Source of the DNA: Dipteris shenzhenensis
Lineage: Eukaryota
Length of the DNA: 64,000 nucleotides
Assembly (NCBI GenBank): GCA_047967505.1
Contig: CM106538.1
Reading direction: 5' to 3' (one strand)
Part shown: in pieces, positions 34,200 through 47,399 of the stretch
How positions within the stretch are numbered: position 1 is the first letter of the stretch
How the letters are laid out: each line of letters opens with the position of its first letter
Notes under the pieces: model-generated
The model's database searches: none
What the model was told of the DNA's origin: nothing
The model's input: only the letters and a program-made list of their open reading frames with translations
Made by a program: the position numbers and the translations under genes

Positions 34200-35550
34200 G
34201 TAATTTAGGGTCATTTTATGTCTAGTTCACACTTGGCATACCCAATGGATTGAAAAGTACCCTAACCAATATATTCCACTATTCAAAATGGTCCATCATA
34301 CCTTAACTTCAATTTTCCTGGAAATCTTTCTATCATACCTTAAATTTAATTTTCTTGGAAATCTTTCCACTTTGGAATCAAGCCTCAGAACCAAGTTACC
34401 TTCTTTAAACATCTTGGATTTAATAGCTCCATCTACCCATGCCTTTGATCTGTGCTGTATATCTACTTTTTGTAGCCAATCTTCTTCAAGTTGGGCTAGC
34501 TGGTTGCACTGGAATTCAATTGACTCCTCCAGATGGAACTTCTCTACCAAAATCCAAAGACTTTCTGAAATGTTTGACTTTGAATTCCATTCAAGACACC
34601 CACACATTTGAATCCAACCTAGTGTCCAAGTCTTTTCTATTTTTGGACACTACTTTAAGACCCGCTTCATTATCCTGTTGGTGCATTTTGCCCACCCATT
34701 TTCCTTCAGATGATATGTTGATGCTTTCTTATGTATGATCATGCATACATTAGTCAAAAATCTAATTGCTTTATTTAGGAAGCGACCTCCTTGATCTGAT
34801 ACGAGTTCAATTAAACATCTAAAACGGGTGATAATATTCTAATAAGGAACTTTTTTGTGCTATCTGTGGAATTGTCCTTGAGTGCCTGTATCTCCACCCA
34901 TCTAGTGCAATATTTTATAGCCTTCAAAATGTATTTGGTGCAATATTCCGTACTAGTTTGAATGTAGCAACAAACTGTAGTCCCTGCATATTCATGGATA
35001 TCTCGAATTGTCATCAGCCACCCACCTTGCTCGGAATATTTTTCTTCCTGTTATTTCTTTAAAAAGTTGTCCCCTTGATATTCCTTGGTGGGCTTCCTAT
35101 TGTATTACTTGTTGCTTATGTCTCAAGCACAATGCCAGATGATCTAGGCAATCTTGCACCTGTAAAGTGCTCCTAGGATTACCAAAACTGGCTTACTCTT
35201 GAGTTCCAATTTGCACCTTTGATCTTGTGACAGTATCCCTAGACAAACCCCATTCCTAAAATATTGTAGCATTTGATCATACCAATCCATCCCTTGGATG
35301 GCCTCTACTTCAAACACTAGAGCATTTGGTAGATCATGTGGAATACCTTACATCATACTTTTTCTGGGTTCCAATCTACCAAGGTAATCCACAGCCATTA
35401 AGTGCTACTTTGGAGGTGTATGCACTATCTTGTATTAAAAATCTTGTAATAGAAGTATCAGTACACCATCCTTTTAGAGGGATGACGCTTATTCACCAAA
35501 TATAATAAATCTTGATGGTCAACATGAAACACCTCATGATTATCTAGTAG
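34200..35550 (-). mobile_element. Heavily degraded Ty3/gypsy RNase H-integrase fragment
   Basis: KAIKYCTRWVEIQAL, LVSDQGGRF, KMFKEGNLVL, FHVDHQ motifs. Confidence 0.65.
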
Positions 35551-36029
35551 GTAGCCACAAAGTGGGGAAACCTCTTGAGTCCCTTCACAAAGTGGGGGGA
35601 CCTCGAAAAGTGTAGGCTTTTAGTATTTCTCTCTCTAATTTTTAGTCTTTCTCTCTCTAGGTCTTGATTTTGCAAGTATGATTGGATCTTTTCCAGAGAG
35701 GATTTTGGCTATCCTTGTCCTTTAAGATTCATCATACCATATTTCAAGCTCAAGATATTATGATCGGAGCTTTGCTGCTACTCTATACGCACAATGATCT
35801 CATCTTCATTGATCTAGATTGAGCTTCTAGCCCTTGTTGCTTAACAAATATGACTCTGTATGCAGAAATGCCCCATTATGTGGAAAACAATATATTTTCT
35901 TGATCTTGAGGAGCTATTTGTACTTGGTTGTACCCATTGAACCCATCCAAGAAGCTTTATACCTCTGGGTGCTTGCTTCAAGCCATGCAAAGCTTTCTTT
36001 AACCTGCAAACAAACTCAGGATGAATAGC

Positions 36030-38375
36030 AAGACATAACCTGGTGGCTGCTCCATATAGACCTCTTCTTGCAAATCACCTTGCAAGAGAGCATTCTTTAC
36101 ATCCATCTGATGTAAAGACCATCCCTTTGATGCAGCCATAGCAATGACTGCTCTTCCAATTGCCATCCTTGCAACCGGACTAAATGTTTCTTCATAATCA
36201 ATGCCATATGTATGTGCATACCCCTTGACAACTAATCTTGCCTTGTATCTATTCACAGAACCATCTGCATTGTGCTTCACCTTACAAACCCACTTGCAGC
36301 CAATTGCATTCTTATCTTTAGGCAAAGGCACCAATTCCCATGTAGCATTTGCTTCCAAGGCGTCCATTTCTTCATCCATGGCTTTCTCCCATTTTTCTTT
36401 TCCCATGGCTTGCTCAAAAGAAGTGGGTTTTGGTTCATGTATCACTTTGACCATATAGGCATAGTGAATGGCTGTAAATCTATCATATTTCAGCCTATCC
36501 ATAGGATACCTAGCTCTGGTAGACCTGCACAAAATAGGCTTACTACCAGATGCTCTCAAAACATCACTTGTCTTCCTTACTCTAGGTGTAACAATAGAAG
36601 GAATACCCAACTCATAAGGCTCTCTTCTGAGCCACTGGATTCACCATCCACATAAGAGTGATGTGCATTCACATCAACCATGGGCTGATATAATTTCTCT
36701 TTTCCTTTTTGTGATACTTGCATACCACTATCTACATTGCTTTGAGGAGATCCTCCTGATCTCAATCTGCCTGTCCATGGTGAAGTATGTGAACCACTGC
36801 TAGAGGACACTACAGGTCCACTAATATTTTGTGATTGGTGCTATGAATTTCATGCAGCATTACCATTTTGTGCATCTACATCATCAATCATATTTACTGG
36901 TTTATACTAGCTACTCATCTCATATTAGCTCACTGTAAACTTATGAGTAGAAGGGTTATATCCTTTCTGCTCCAGAGAATAACCAATAAAGATGCACTTC
37001 TCAGCTTTTGGATCGAACTTGGATCTTAACTCATCTGGCACATGAACATAGGCAATGCAACCAAAAACTTTCAAATGAGAAATATCTGGTTTCCTACTAG
37101 TATACCTCTCCTCTGGTGTCATGCCATGTATCGCTGCAATGGGAGTCCTATTCATTATGTAGACTGTTGTAGCAACTGCTTCAACCCAATAATAAAATGG
37201 CAGGTCTTTGTTGTTAAGCATGGCATGAGATACCTCTCCAATATGCCTATTTTTCCTTTCTACAAGTCCATTTTGTTGTGGGGTATAACTGCATGAATAT
37301 TGCTGCTTTATGACATGCTCCTGCAAAAAACTTGCAAACTCATTTGAGAGGTACTCTCCCCCTCCATCTAACCTTAGGCATTTTATTTACAGGCCTGTTT
37401 TTTTTTTCAACCATAGCTTTAAAAGCTTTGAAATGCCCAAACACTCCACTTTTCTTTCTCATAAAATACACCCAAACTTTTCTGCTGTATTCATCAATAA
37501 AAGTGACAAAATAATGATAGCCTCCAATAGATGCAACTTTAGTTGTCCACACATCAGAGTGGATTAATTCCAATGGCCTCTTACTCTCTTGAACATGTCT
37601 AGGAAATGGTTTCCTTGCCTGTTTTCCAAATTGACAGGCTTCACATACCTTATGCGTTTCTGCAACCTTGAAGTTAGGCAATCCTACAACAATATTTTGG
37701 GCCGGCATTAATTTAAGTCACTGTACATTAACATGACCAATGCGGTTATGCCAGATATCAATATCTGCAACTACATCGGTCCGATGTGCAAACATTGCTG
37801 CACTCAATTCAGGCATGTCCGCATCCAACGTAAACATCCTGCCCTTCTTCTCCCCTTTTGCTATCAAGCGACCTTTATTTTTCATATCCTCAACAAAGCA
37901 TCCATGAGGATTAAATATGACCTGCAAGCCCTGCTCAACCATTTAACCAATAGAAACCAGGTTCTTGGTGATCTTCGGGATATGAAATACATCAGACAGG
38001 TATTTCTTTTTTTCATCCTACACAAACAAAGGAATTTTACCAATCTGCACAATAGGATGTGCAGTATCATCACCAGTCTCCACAAATCCTGGTCTTTCCA
38101 TTTTCCTTGCATCCTGCATCCATTTTGCATGACTTGTCATGTGGTTTGACGCACCTGAGTCAACATACCACACATCATTGCTTTCTTCTACACTTGTCAT
38201 AGAATTGGTCATGTGCTGCACCATAAACAGATGCTCATTTCTGTCATCACCCTGTCTAGTAGATGATGCATAATTGCCTTGCTACAATTTTCTAGTCATG
38301 ATGTCATTCTGCTTTTTATAGCAGTCTTTAACCATATGACCCATTTAACCATAGTAGTAGCATTCAACATTGTTG
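36030..38375 (-). mobile_element. Truncated Ty1/copia gag-pol (knuckle, PR, INT, partial RT) with stops and frameshifts
   Basis: [76 protein letters not shown]. Confidence 0.93.
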
Positions 38376-38376
38376 T

Positions 38377-39030
38377 TTGCATTTTGGCCTCTCTACCATC
38401 CACCACGACCTCTTGTCTGGCTTCATGGTAATCCATAGAAAAAGCACACCCTACTACCCCCAATGGAATGGCCAGGCCAAATCCACCAACAAAATAATAT
38501 GCATTATCCTCACCAAGGTAGTAGAACCACAACGTTTTGATTGGGCAGAGAAACTGAATGCAGCCTTATGGACAAACAGAACCACATTCAAGGTCAGTAC
38601 ATGGAACACACCTTTTCAATTGGTGTACGGCCTTGAAGCTATGGTCCCACTCAAATTTGTAATACCAAGTCTATGCATAGCAGTACAAGAACGCATGGGA
38701 GACCATGAATCCTTGAAAGAAAGGCTCTATTAGTTGGAGAAGCATACAAACACAAGACTAGTTGCCTACCATGCCATGACAATAGAAAAACGCAGAAGAA
38801 AGGCATGGTTTGACAAAAATCTGAAAGCTAAAGACATCAAGGAAGGCGACTTAGTCCTATTATACAATGCCAAAGTACACAAGGGGAAACTGAAGTATCT
38901 AGGTCAAGGACCCTACCGAGTACAAAAGATGAATCCCATTAGAGCTGTATTGCTAGAAACATTGGATGAAGTGGAATCCAATTCAACACAACAATAAATG
39001 AAAGCCAACTGAAGCACTACTACATCAACA
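38377..39030 (+). mobile_element. Ty3/gypsy integrase C-terminal half
   Basis: HRKSTPYYPQWNGQAKSTNK, TPFQLVYGLEA, EGDLVLLY, GPYRV. Confidence 0.88.
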
Positions 39031-39736
39031 TGCAAGCCATCCCCGACAAAAATGAAGATTTGGGAAACCAATTCTTCCTTAGTTAGGATTAGATTGTATC
39101 ACGAGCACTCACTTCCATATGTACATCTTCGCACATATAGGTAGCATCAATCGATTTTAACCTAGGGCTCAGAAGTGATGCCTGAGTTCTAGTTGCCCTA
39201 TGAAAATCCCAACAATAAAAAGAGCATATAGTTAGTCCATACCTAGCTACTAGGTCATGTGCACTCACACGCTTTCGCTTAGATAATGCACGGCAACATT
39301 GATTGCTTCCCACGTTACCTCAATTCCCATTTGCCTCCACTCAGTTTCAATCCCAATTAATGGGTCGATGCTCAGATTACAAGCCCACTCTATCAAAGAG
39401 TGATATTCTTAGAAGCACGCCACATATCTCTGTTCGAGCAAATGGTGGATACAGACTACCTGGAAACTGCGCAAAAATTGTATGGTGCCAAGGCTTTACA
39501 GCAGGATCGACTGGCACGACACAAGTTCCATAGCCATTGGACTAAAAGCATGGCAACCCAGGTACGTGCTCGCAATCAGCCATAACTTGAGGACGGGTAA
39601 TAAAATGGATCCGAGAGAATGTTGTTGTCTCTGGGCTAACATGGACTTAGGTAGAACAGAATGTGTGTGTAGAGTAGCAGCAAATCTCTGCTTGTACTTG
39701 CATAAGGCTAGAAATAATCCATCTTAGAAATCCAAC

Positions 39737-39975
39737 TTGCATGTTCTACATGCAAGTTCTACATACAACTCCTACATGCAACTCCTACATGCGAGTTGTA
39801 CATGTGAGTTGTACATGCGAGTTCTACATGCAAGTTCTACATACGACTTCTACAGGCAACTCCTACATGCGAGTTCTACATGTGAGTTGTACATGCGAGT
39901 TCTACATGCGAGTTCTACATGCGAGTTCTACATACGACTTGTACATGCGAGTTCTACATGCAAGTTCTACATGTA
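39737..39975. repeat. 13-bp minisatellite (CTACATGCGAGTT)
   Basis: About 18 head-to-tail variant copies. Confidence 0.9.
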
Positions 39976-40167
39976 GAGAGAGAATGTCTTACACTTCCTA
40001 CATGTAGAGAGAGAAGCTCTCCAACTTGTATAAATACCCCATAATGGAATGAAGCCCACACTCTTTGGGGCATTGTGTTGAGTTCTACTTTGGTATTCCA
40101 AGCAATTGTCTCAAGTGTCCATGCTTCCTTGCACTCCACGTCCAAAAGCATGTCCTAACCTTGCAAC

Positions 40168-40350
40168 TCCTCCCCTCTCCTCCGACCTTGCAACCCATCC
40201 TCCCCCTCTCCTCCTCCCTCCTCCCTCCTCCTCCTCCCTTCTCCTCCTCCCTCTTTCTCCTCCTCCTCACTTCTCCTCCCTTCTCCTCCTCCTCCTCTCT
40301 CCTCCTCCCTCCTCCTCCTCCTCCTCCTCCTCCTCCCTCCTCTCTCTTCT
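40168..40350. repeat. (CCT)n / pyrimidine low-complexity tract
   Basis: Nearly pure C/T with CCT periodicity. Confidence 0.9.
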
Positions 40351-40469
40351 TTTCCCCATGCTCTTACACCTTCTTCCTCTCCCACTCCTATGCTCCCCCT
40401 AAACCCTTTGTTCCTCAACCCTTAAACTCCATGATCTATGAGGGAGATGAGTTCTCCACCATATACTCT

Positions 40470-40670
40470 ACCCTAAACCTTGGAACCTCCTTCTAAACCT
40501 TGGAACTCCTAACCCTGGAACCTCCTTCTAAACCTTGGAACCTCCTTCTAAACCTTGGAACTCCTTCTAACCCTGGAACCTCCTTCTAATCCTTGGAACC
40601 TCCTTCTAAACCTTGAACCTCCTTCTAACCCTAGAACCTCCTTTTAACCCTTAAACTCCTCCTAAACCCT
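40470..40670. repeat. ~20-bp minisatellite (TAAACCTTGGAACCTCCTTC)
   Basis: About 9-10 variant copies. Confidence 0.9.
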
Positions 40671-41129
40671 GTAACCCCCAATGAAGGCGAAAGCCTTCAT
40701 TACCTCAATCATGATGAAATGCGTTCCTTTTACACATGCATGCACTTTGTTTTCTTACCACACTTGAGCCTACGTCTCTCACCGAAACACGACTTGAGGT
40801 CCTAAGCTATACATATACTACAACCAACAACCCCGATATATCTGTAGGTGACAAAAAGCCTCGAAACCCTGCATAACTGAGAATACCCTGCTCTTCCTAG
40901 GAAAGCCATAGGAAAGAGCCAACACCCATTCTCATGGGGTCCAAATGTATTAGAGATAAGTACAGTAATCTTAACAATGCAAAACATAAGGTTTGTATGA
41001 CAAAAGCAGAAATCCACTGTTACTAAAGAAAACCCAATTTGTCCCAATTCTGTTTAAATCCTTTATCATAATGGAATACGTGTTAAATTAGACAAATAAG
41101 AGCCTTTCTCTCTTATGGACATAGAAAAT

Positions 41130-44100
41130 ATCAAAAGTAAATCAACTCTATGAACTATGCAGTTCAAAAAAAGTAGATATCATTAAAAAACAAAGAAGAG
41201 AATCATGCATAGCATAGACTTGCATTCATTTCCATTATAAGGTCTAATCCAACATCATGAATGTTAGAATATGAAGAGCTTCCTGACTTGCCTATGTATC
41301 TATTTACTCAATCGCCCTTCTTATGCTGTGGTCTAGGAAAACTTCATAAATCCTAGAGGATACCCCCAGGTATGTATTAAGATTGAAATTGTTGAAGAGC
41401 TTCCTAAGACCTTGGTTATTCTCAACAAAAATGGTAGCACATTCAAGGAACAGCCATTGCTCTACAAGAACTTACCCAACTCTTGTTGATTCCTATGTGG
41501 TCTATCCAACCATGTTGTCAAGCACTATCCTTTGAAGAGGAATAAGCCCAAAGAGGCTCCTCCTCCTACCCAAAAGCAACCTATTGTATCAGAAAAATGG
41601 GTCCCAATGGCTCCTTCAGTGCCTGATTACACTTTGCCTGATAACACTAGACAAGAAGTACACAGCTAATGCCTCCAAGAATACTGCAGAAAGAGGGAAG
41701 GAAATAGTGCCCATTCCTTCTACTTATAAAGACTCCTTTGAACCTCTTAGATAGAAGGAGGGCTATCAAGGGATAGAATTTTGTACTTATTTCAATATAT
41801 GCACCAAATGTTGTAGCAAATAGAAAGATCATGTGGAAATCACTTGCTATTGTAGATGGCAATCGTTTTGCCTTAGGTGACTTTAAGATGGTGGAAAGGA
41901 AGAAGTACAGATGGATGGAAAAGGGTACATTAATAAGAGGTTCTGAACTTGAGGCTTGGGAAGAATTGAAGGATCAATGGTAGCTAGTAGCTGTTTGTCT
42001 AGAGGGGGATTTTAGTTGGTGCGATAGTCAAGTTGGAGATTATAGGAGAGAGGCTATTTTACTTCTCTCAAGGTCTCTTACTCAGCATAAGTTCAATGAT
42101 AACTTAGACTTTCTCGTCTCTCTCTCTTTCAGATCACAAATCAGTCTTTCTTTACTATAATTTTGGATCTGGATAAAGAGGCTCATCTTGGTTTAAAGAT
42201 GACCCAAACCTATTCACCCTAAAGAGTGTTCAAGTTATGGTAAAGATAGTTTGGGAGAATGCATTTTCTAATTGCAACAGATTCTCGGGCAGTAGCAGTA
42301 GAGAACACTAAAAGATTGCTTAAGACAGCAAGGAAGAACAGGGCCAAAATTAGAGCTCAGAGGATGGACATTATTTAGGAAAGGATTAAGGGATTAGAAG
42401 ACGAGGCCAGATTGGGGAATATAGACACACAACTGAGCTATTGTCAGCCAAAAAAGAGATTAGAAGACAAGAACAAATCTGGTTTAATGACACTAAGATA
42501 TATTATAGGGGTTGGTGGGCAGGGAAGTTAGATGGACCTACTAAAGAGACCTTCAAACTCATCAGAAGGAAGAGGGCTAATTGAGAAATTCCTTTGTTGT
42601 AGAAGACTAATAATACTTTAGTTTCTTCCAAAGAGGAGAACATAAAACTTATTCAAAGCCACTTCCAAACTCTGTTTTCTTCCTTTGTGATACCAGACGA
42701 AGAAGTACAAAGGGCTAGAGATCTACGCCAAGCAGTGAGAGAAAACTCTGTAGAGAAATTTGATATGGCTTATTTAGAGAAACCTCTCTCATTAGAAGAG
42801 CTGAAGGAAGCTGCTTCAGTAATGGCAAAAGGGAAAACTCTAGGTGAGGATGGATTGTCCATTGAATTCTACAAGGACTTTTGGGATGTGGTTGGTCCTT
42901 ATTTGCTCTTATTATGGCAAGAAAGCTTAAACAATGGAGCTTTTCCTTCACACATTGATGGGGGAATTATCAAGCTCATCCCTAAGGATGGCTCTAAAGA
43001 TGGACTTAGAAATTGGAGTCCCCTCACTATTCTTAACTGTAGTTACAAAATATTTTCCGAGGCTTTGGATCTCAGGATCCAAAAGAAGATGAAGGAATGG
43101 ATTTTATAGGAACAAAAAGGATTTATTAAAGGATGTTCTCTTCTTGAGGCCATCATTAACATTTGGGAGGGATGTGAATATGCCAAAGAAACCAATCAAG
43201 AAATATGTTTTCTCAAGGTTGATTTTGATAAAGTCTATGATAGATTAGAATGGGATTTCCTCATTCAATCCTTGTAGGACATGGGGTTAGGCCCCTCTTT
43301 GTTTCTTATGTAAAACTACTACTCACCAATGCTTCTGCTAAAATATGTGTCAATAGTGACATGAGCCCTTGTTTTCCTTTGAAGAAATCAATCAGACAAG
43401 GATATCCCCTTGCTCCTTTGCTATTTGTAATTGCTACCGATGCTCAAGGGTGGCTACTTAAAAGCCAAGTCAAGGAAGGTAACCTTAGACACATAGAGTT
43501 GATTTCTAGCAACAAACAGTTAGTTTGCCAACAGTTTGCTTATGACACAACTTTCACACCTAGAAACATAGTACAAGATGTTGAGTGCACTATGAAGTCT
43601 TTGGATATATTTTGCAAAGCCTCTGGGTCCAGAATTAGTCATTCAAAGATTGACTATGCTACTCTCAAAGGAAGAGAAAAGGAAACACTAAAAGAATTAG
43701 GATGCCACATCATTAACAAGGTACTGTTTTCAGATTACTTGGGATTCCCATGAGGTTTGAAATAACCATGAAACAAAGATGGGACTGGTTTATGCAGAGG
43801 TTTCAAAAGAAGATAGACAAATGGAGAGGCTTTCAAGCCAATCTTACAACCGTTCTCACAGCCATTGTATTTATCTTATTTCCATTTTTTATTTATCTTG
43901 TTGGGCCCCATTCAAAGCTAGACTGGATAGATTCATTAGGATTTGTAGATCCTTTGTTTGGGAGGGAACTCTAAGAATATTTAAAGCAACTATATCAAGC
44001 CTAACGGAGAAGGTGGCTTAGGAGTGATTGATATAGCTCTAGTTGCTGCTACAAAACTATCTACCACATGGGTGATTAAAGCTATTTGAGCCCATAATGT

Positions 44101-45740
44101 GATTAGGCACAACTTCTTTTGAGGAATATGAAACTGGTCAAACCAATTAGGGCCCCTAAATGAAAAAATTATCCTATTCTCTTTGCCATTTGCAATCTTG
44201 AGTCTTGCAAAGCTAAGGGGAATCCCCTCTGGCAATATACCTAGAAAGCTTTTGAGGAAATAAAGGCCTTTTTGCAATTTTTGGCAAAGGATCCTTTAAG
44301 GCTATTGACTCTATATGGGTCTCCACTATCCTTAGGAATTCCCAACTTAATGATGAAAAGTTTATCCTAGCCAACGTTATGTTTTAACTAGGATTGCAAA
44401 CTTGGAGACAACTTTGGAATAGGTTTGGAATAAAGAGCATCTAAGATGGAAGACATGGGAAGAAATTAGGAGGGAATTTGCTTTAACCAATTAGTGTCAA
44501 TTTTACTGATTATGAGCAGACTTGAACTATGGAAAGGGAACACAAGTTGGAAAGGTGGTACCTTCCTAATCTATCATAAGGAATTTTGCTGGGTGGGAAG
44601 TATTTCACTGCTTCCAATCCCCACTCCTTCCTCTGACATTGAGGATCTTTTCAAAACTTGAAATACAAGATGGCTACTTCAGGATAGCAGAGCAAAATGG
44701 TATGAAAGGTTTGGGAAGATATGGAACAAGAAGGTCCTTGAAAAGATGTCATGCCTAGTTGGCATCTTTGTGGACTAATGCAAGGGGTCTCATAATAGGG
44801 AGAGGGAATGGAAAATGTAGAAGATGCCTTGGTGTTATTGAAGACATTTTCCATCTATTTGTTGCTTGTGCTCATGCTAGAAAGGTGTGTAAATACATCC
44901 AAATAGAAATTTGGGAGCCAATTAACTGGAAAGCCATTCTATTGGGAGATGCATTTGAGACCAAGCAGGAGCTTTGGTTCTGAATTAGGGCCCATGCTTT
45001 ATGGTTCATTTGGATATCTAGAAACAGCTTCTAATTTAATGTTGTGATGCTTATTGACACTCTATTCAATTATTGTAGGATTGGCGAAAAGGAGACTTGA
45101 CTTCCAAATAAGTGCATACAATTTGGAACACACCAACTTAAGTAAGGATCTTACTAACCACATAAGAAGATGTAATCTGGAGGATGATCATGATAAGCCC
45201 CCTCACTACTTCCACAAGAAACCCCTCACTACTTCCACGGGAAACCCCTCACTACTTCCACAGGAAACCCCTCACTACTTCCATAGGAAACCCCTTTCTC
45301 AAACTGAAGCTGCTCAAAGCTCCATTCAAGGTAATGCTGCTCAAGGTATTACTGGTCAAAACCCTACTCCAGGTGCTGCAGACCAAATCCCTACTACCGA
45401 GTTCTATTTTCAGGGTGCTACCTCTCAAATCCATTCTAGTTGGGATGTTTATATTGACCTTGCACAAGGTGTCCCTTCTCATGTTGGTGTTGCTACCAAT
45501 GCTCAAGTTCCAAATGTTTCTAATGATGCTACACAAAATGTTTCATTTTAGGGCTCCTCATGTCTATATAGGAGGACTTGAAATGTCATGTTGTCTTTCT
45601 ACATGATGTCACAACTGAGTTATTGTTGTTGTGCTCTAAAATTTTGTTTGAGCTTGCATCTTTTGGTCTAGCTAGAGTCCAAGGAAATCCTGCCAAAATT
45701 TTTTATATTAATATAATCATTTTTTCCCCCCAAAAAAAGA
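41130..45740 (+). mobile_element. Degraded L1-type LINE (ORF1 remnant, endonuclease, RT, zf-RVT, 3' UTR)
   Basis: YKNLPNSC..CG..NH; SIYAPN; GEDGLSIEFYKDFW; LKVDFDKVYDRLEW; IRQGYPLAPLLF; QFAYDT; CRRC..EDIFHLFVAC; A-rich end near 45735; boundaries approximate. Confidence 0.85.
45197..45293. repeat. 23-bp tandem repeat x4 (GAAACCCCTCACTACTTCCACAG)
   Basis: Direct reading. Confidence 0.9.
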
Positions 45741-45749
45741 AGCTTTTTC

Positions 45750-46060
45750 ATTATTGGAAGAGCAATTGTTACTATCCTTAATACACAAAAAGAACTAATG
45801 GAATGCTAGTTGGAATTTTGGGAAATTTGGTTGCTAGAAATCAAGGGGACTAAATAAGTTATGGTGCATGCTTTGTGGGCCTACAATATAGCACCATAAG
45901 ATCACAACAAAGTACCCCCATTCAAGTTAGTTAATGGGACAAATACTATTATGCCCTTGGAATATGAGATCACTAGTTTGAAGATCTTGATGCGATCTCA
46001 AGATCTTAATGCATCAAAAAATTGGATGAGTGAAATATTGAGTGGCATTTGGTGTTTGTT
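45750..46060 (+). mobile_element. Degraded gypsy integrase fragment
   Basis: YYP..RTNGMLV.IL, ALWAYN, PFKLVNG..IMPLEYEI. Confidence 0.55.
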
Positions 46061-47399
46061 TATGAAAGTGTGATCGAATAAAATATGGGAAAGGTGGATG
46101 ATGTGCAAAGGAGTCTCCATGAGACATACTGCCACATAGGTGGACCCATGGCAATATTAAGTGATCTAGGCCCAAGATCAATGGCATGGAAATATAAAAT
46201 TGTGAGAGAGGCTAAGGTGGCAAGTGATCTTGGGGCAAGCATACCTTAGGAATATTTTAGTCCATGGCTGGGGATTGGGGAGGCAAGAGCATCTTTTGTG
46301 CCAGCCCTCCCAATGTTTGGTTTTATTAGGAAAGGTTCCAAGGGCCTAAGGTATTGTGACTTGATTCTTATGGAAAATGCAAGCCAAGGTTGTCAAGTGC
46401 AATTGAGGAAGCTTGGATCTTCTGTTCACAAGGATGGTGCCTCCTTGTATACTCACACCATGCACGTGGGAGGGACAATTTATTGAGGAGACCTTGGACT
46501 ATAGAAAGAGGACTACTCTTTGATGTGTGGGGGCAAGCCTCCACATTCGGCATCTCTCCATGAAGATTCTCCTGTGTGACTTGGATGGATATTATGATCC
46601 TTATCATGCCTCCATTCCTTCTCCTTTTACCCCTTTGTTGCTCCTCCCCTTTCTCTTGCTACCCATGTTCTCTTGTTGCATTGTAAATATTTCCCCCCTT
46701 TCTCTTGCTCGCCCTGTTCTCTTGTTGCATTGTAAATACTCTCTCCTCTCCTTTGGTTGTGGAGTATTTGCTTCACATGCTATGATTTCTTGAAGGAAGG
46801 ATTGTTATGTGGTGTGGGACATGTTGATTGGGTGTGGGTGGATGAAAATTCTATACTGTTACATTGCGCATCATTTTGGAATTCATGCATTAGTTGTACT
46901 TGTAATGGGTCCTTTTTTTTTTGTTCTCCTTGCTGCAATGTGTTCAAAATTAGCCTTTGAGGATGTTGATAACAGAGTGCTTCTGATTGTTCTATCTTTT
47001 ATTTATCCTTGGTGAATTTGGAGAAATGCAAGCTACAAGTAGCGGTGGCCAATCATGGAATGTGGTTTAGCTAGTTAGGGAGAAAACATGAATAGAAGGC
47101 AGTAAGCTCCACCAAGCAGTGAGCTCACCTACATAGTGATAGATGTGTTAGATGGAGAGAATTGAGTCTTATTCAATTGAATAGTGAGCTATGAGTGAGG
47201 TCCTAGTGAGTCTAGGGAAAGGGCTTCTAGTACATAGACTTCAACCCTAACTTGAGGCGAGTGAAGGTAAGTATGAATGAGGTCTATTGTGCATGTGTGT
47301 AGCTATAAGATGTTGTAAGCAATTCTAACTTCAATAATACAATCAATATCAAACCGGTATTCTATTCTCTTTCAATTCCCAATCGGTTACTTCAAAGAT

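Noticed and set aside
40065-40496. Pro/Ser-rich and Arg/Glu-rich ORFs
   Set aside because: Translations of the CCT low-complexity tract
39737-45293. Short direct repeats (13, 20 and 23 bp) as possible CRISPR arrays
   Set aside because: Units are head-to-tail with no unique spacers, no cas genes, and the context is eukaryotic
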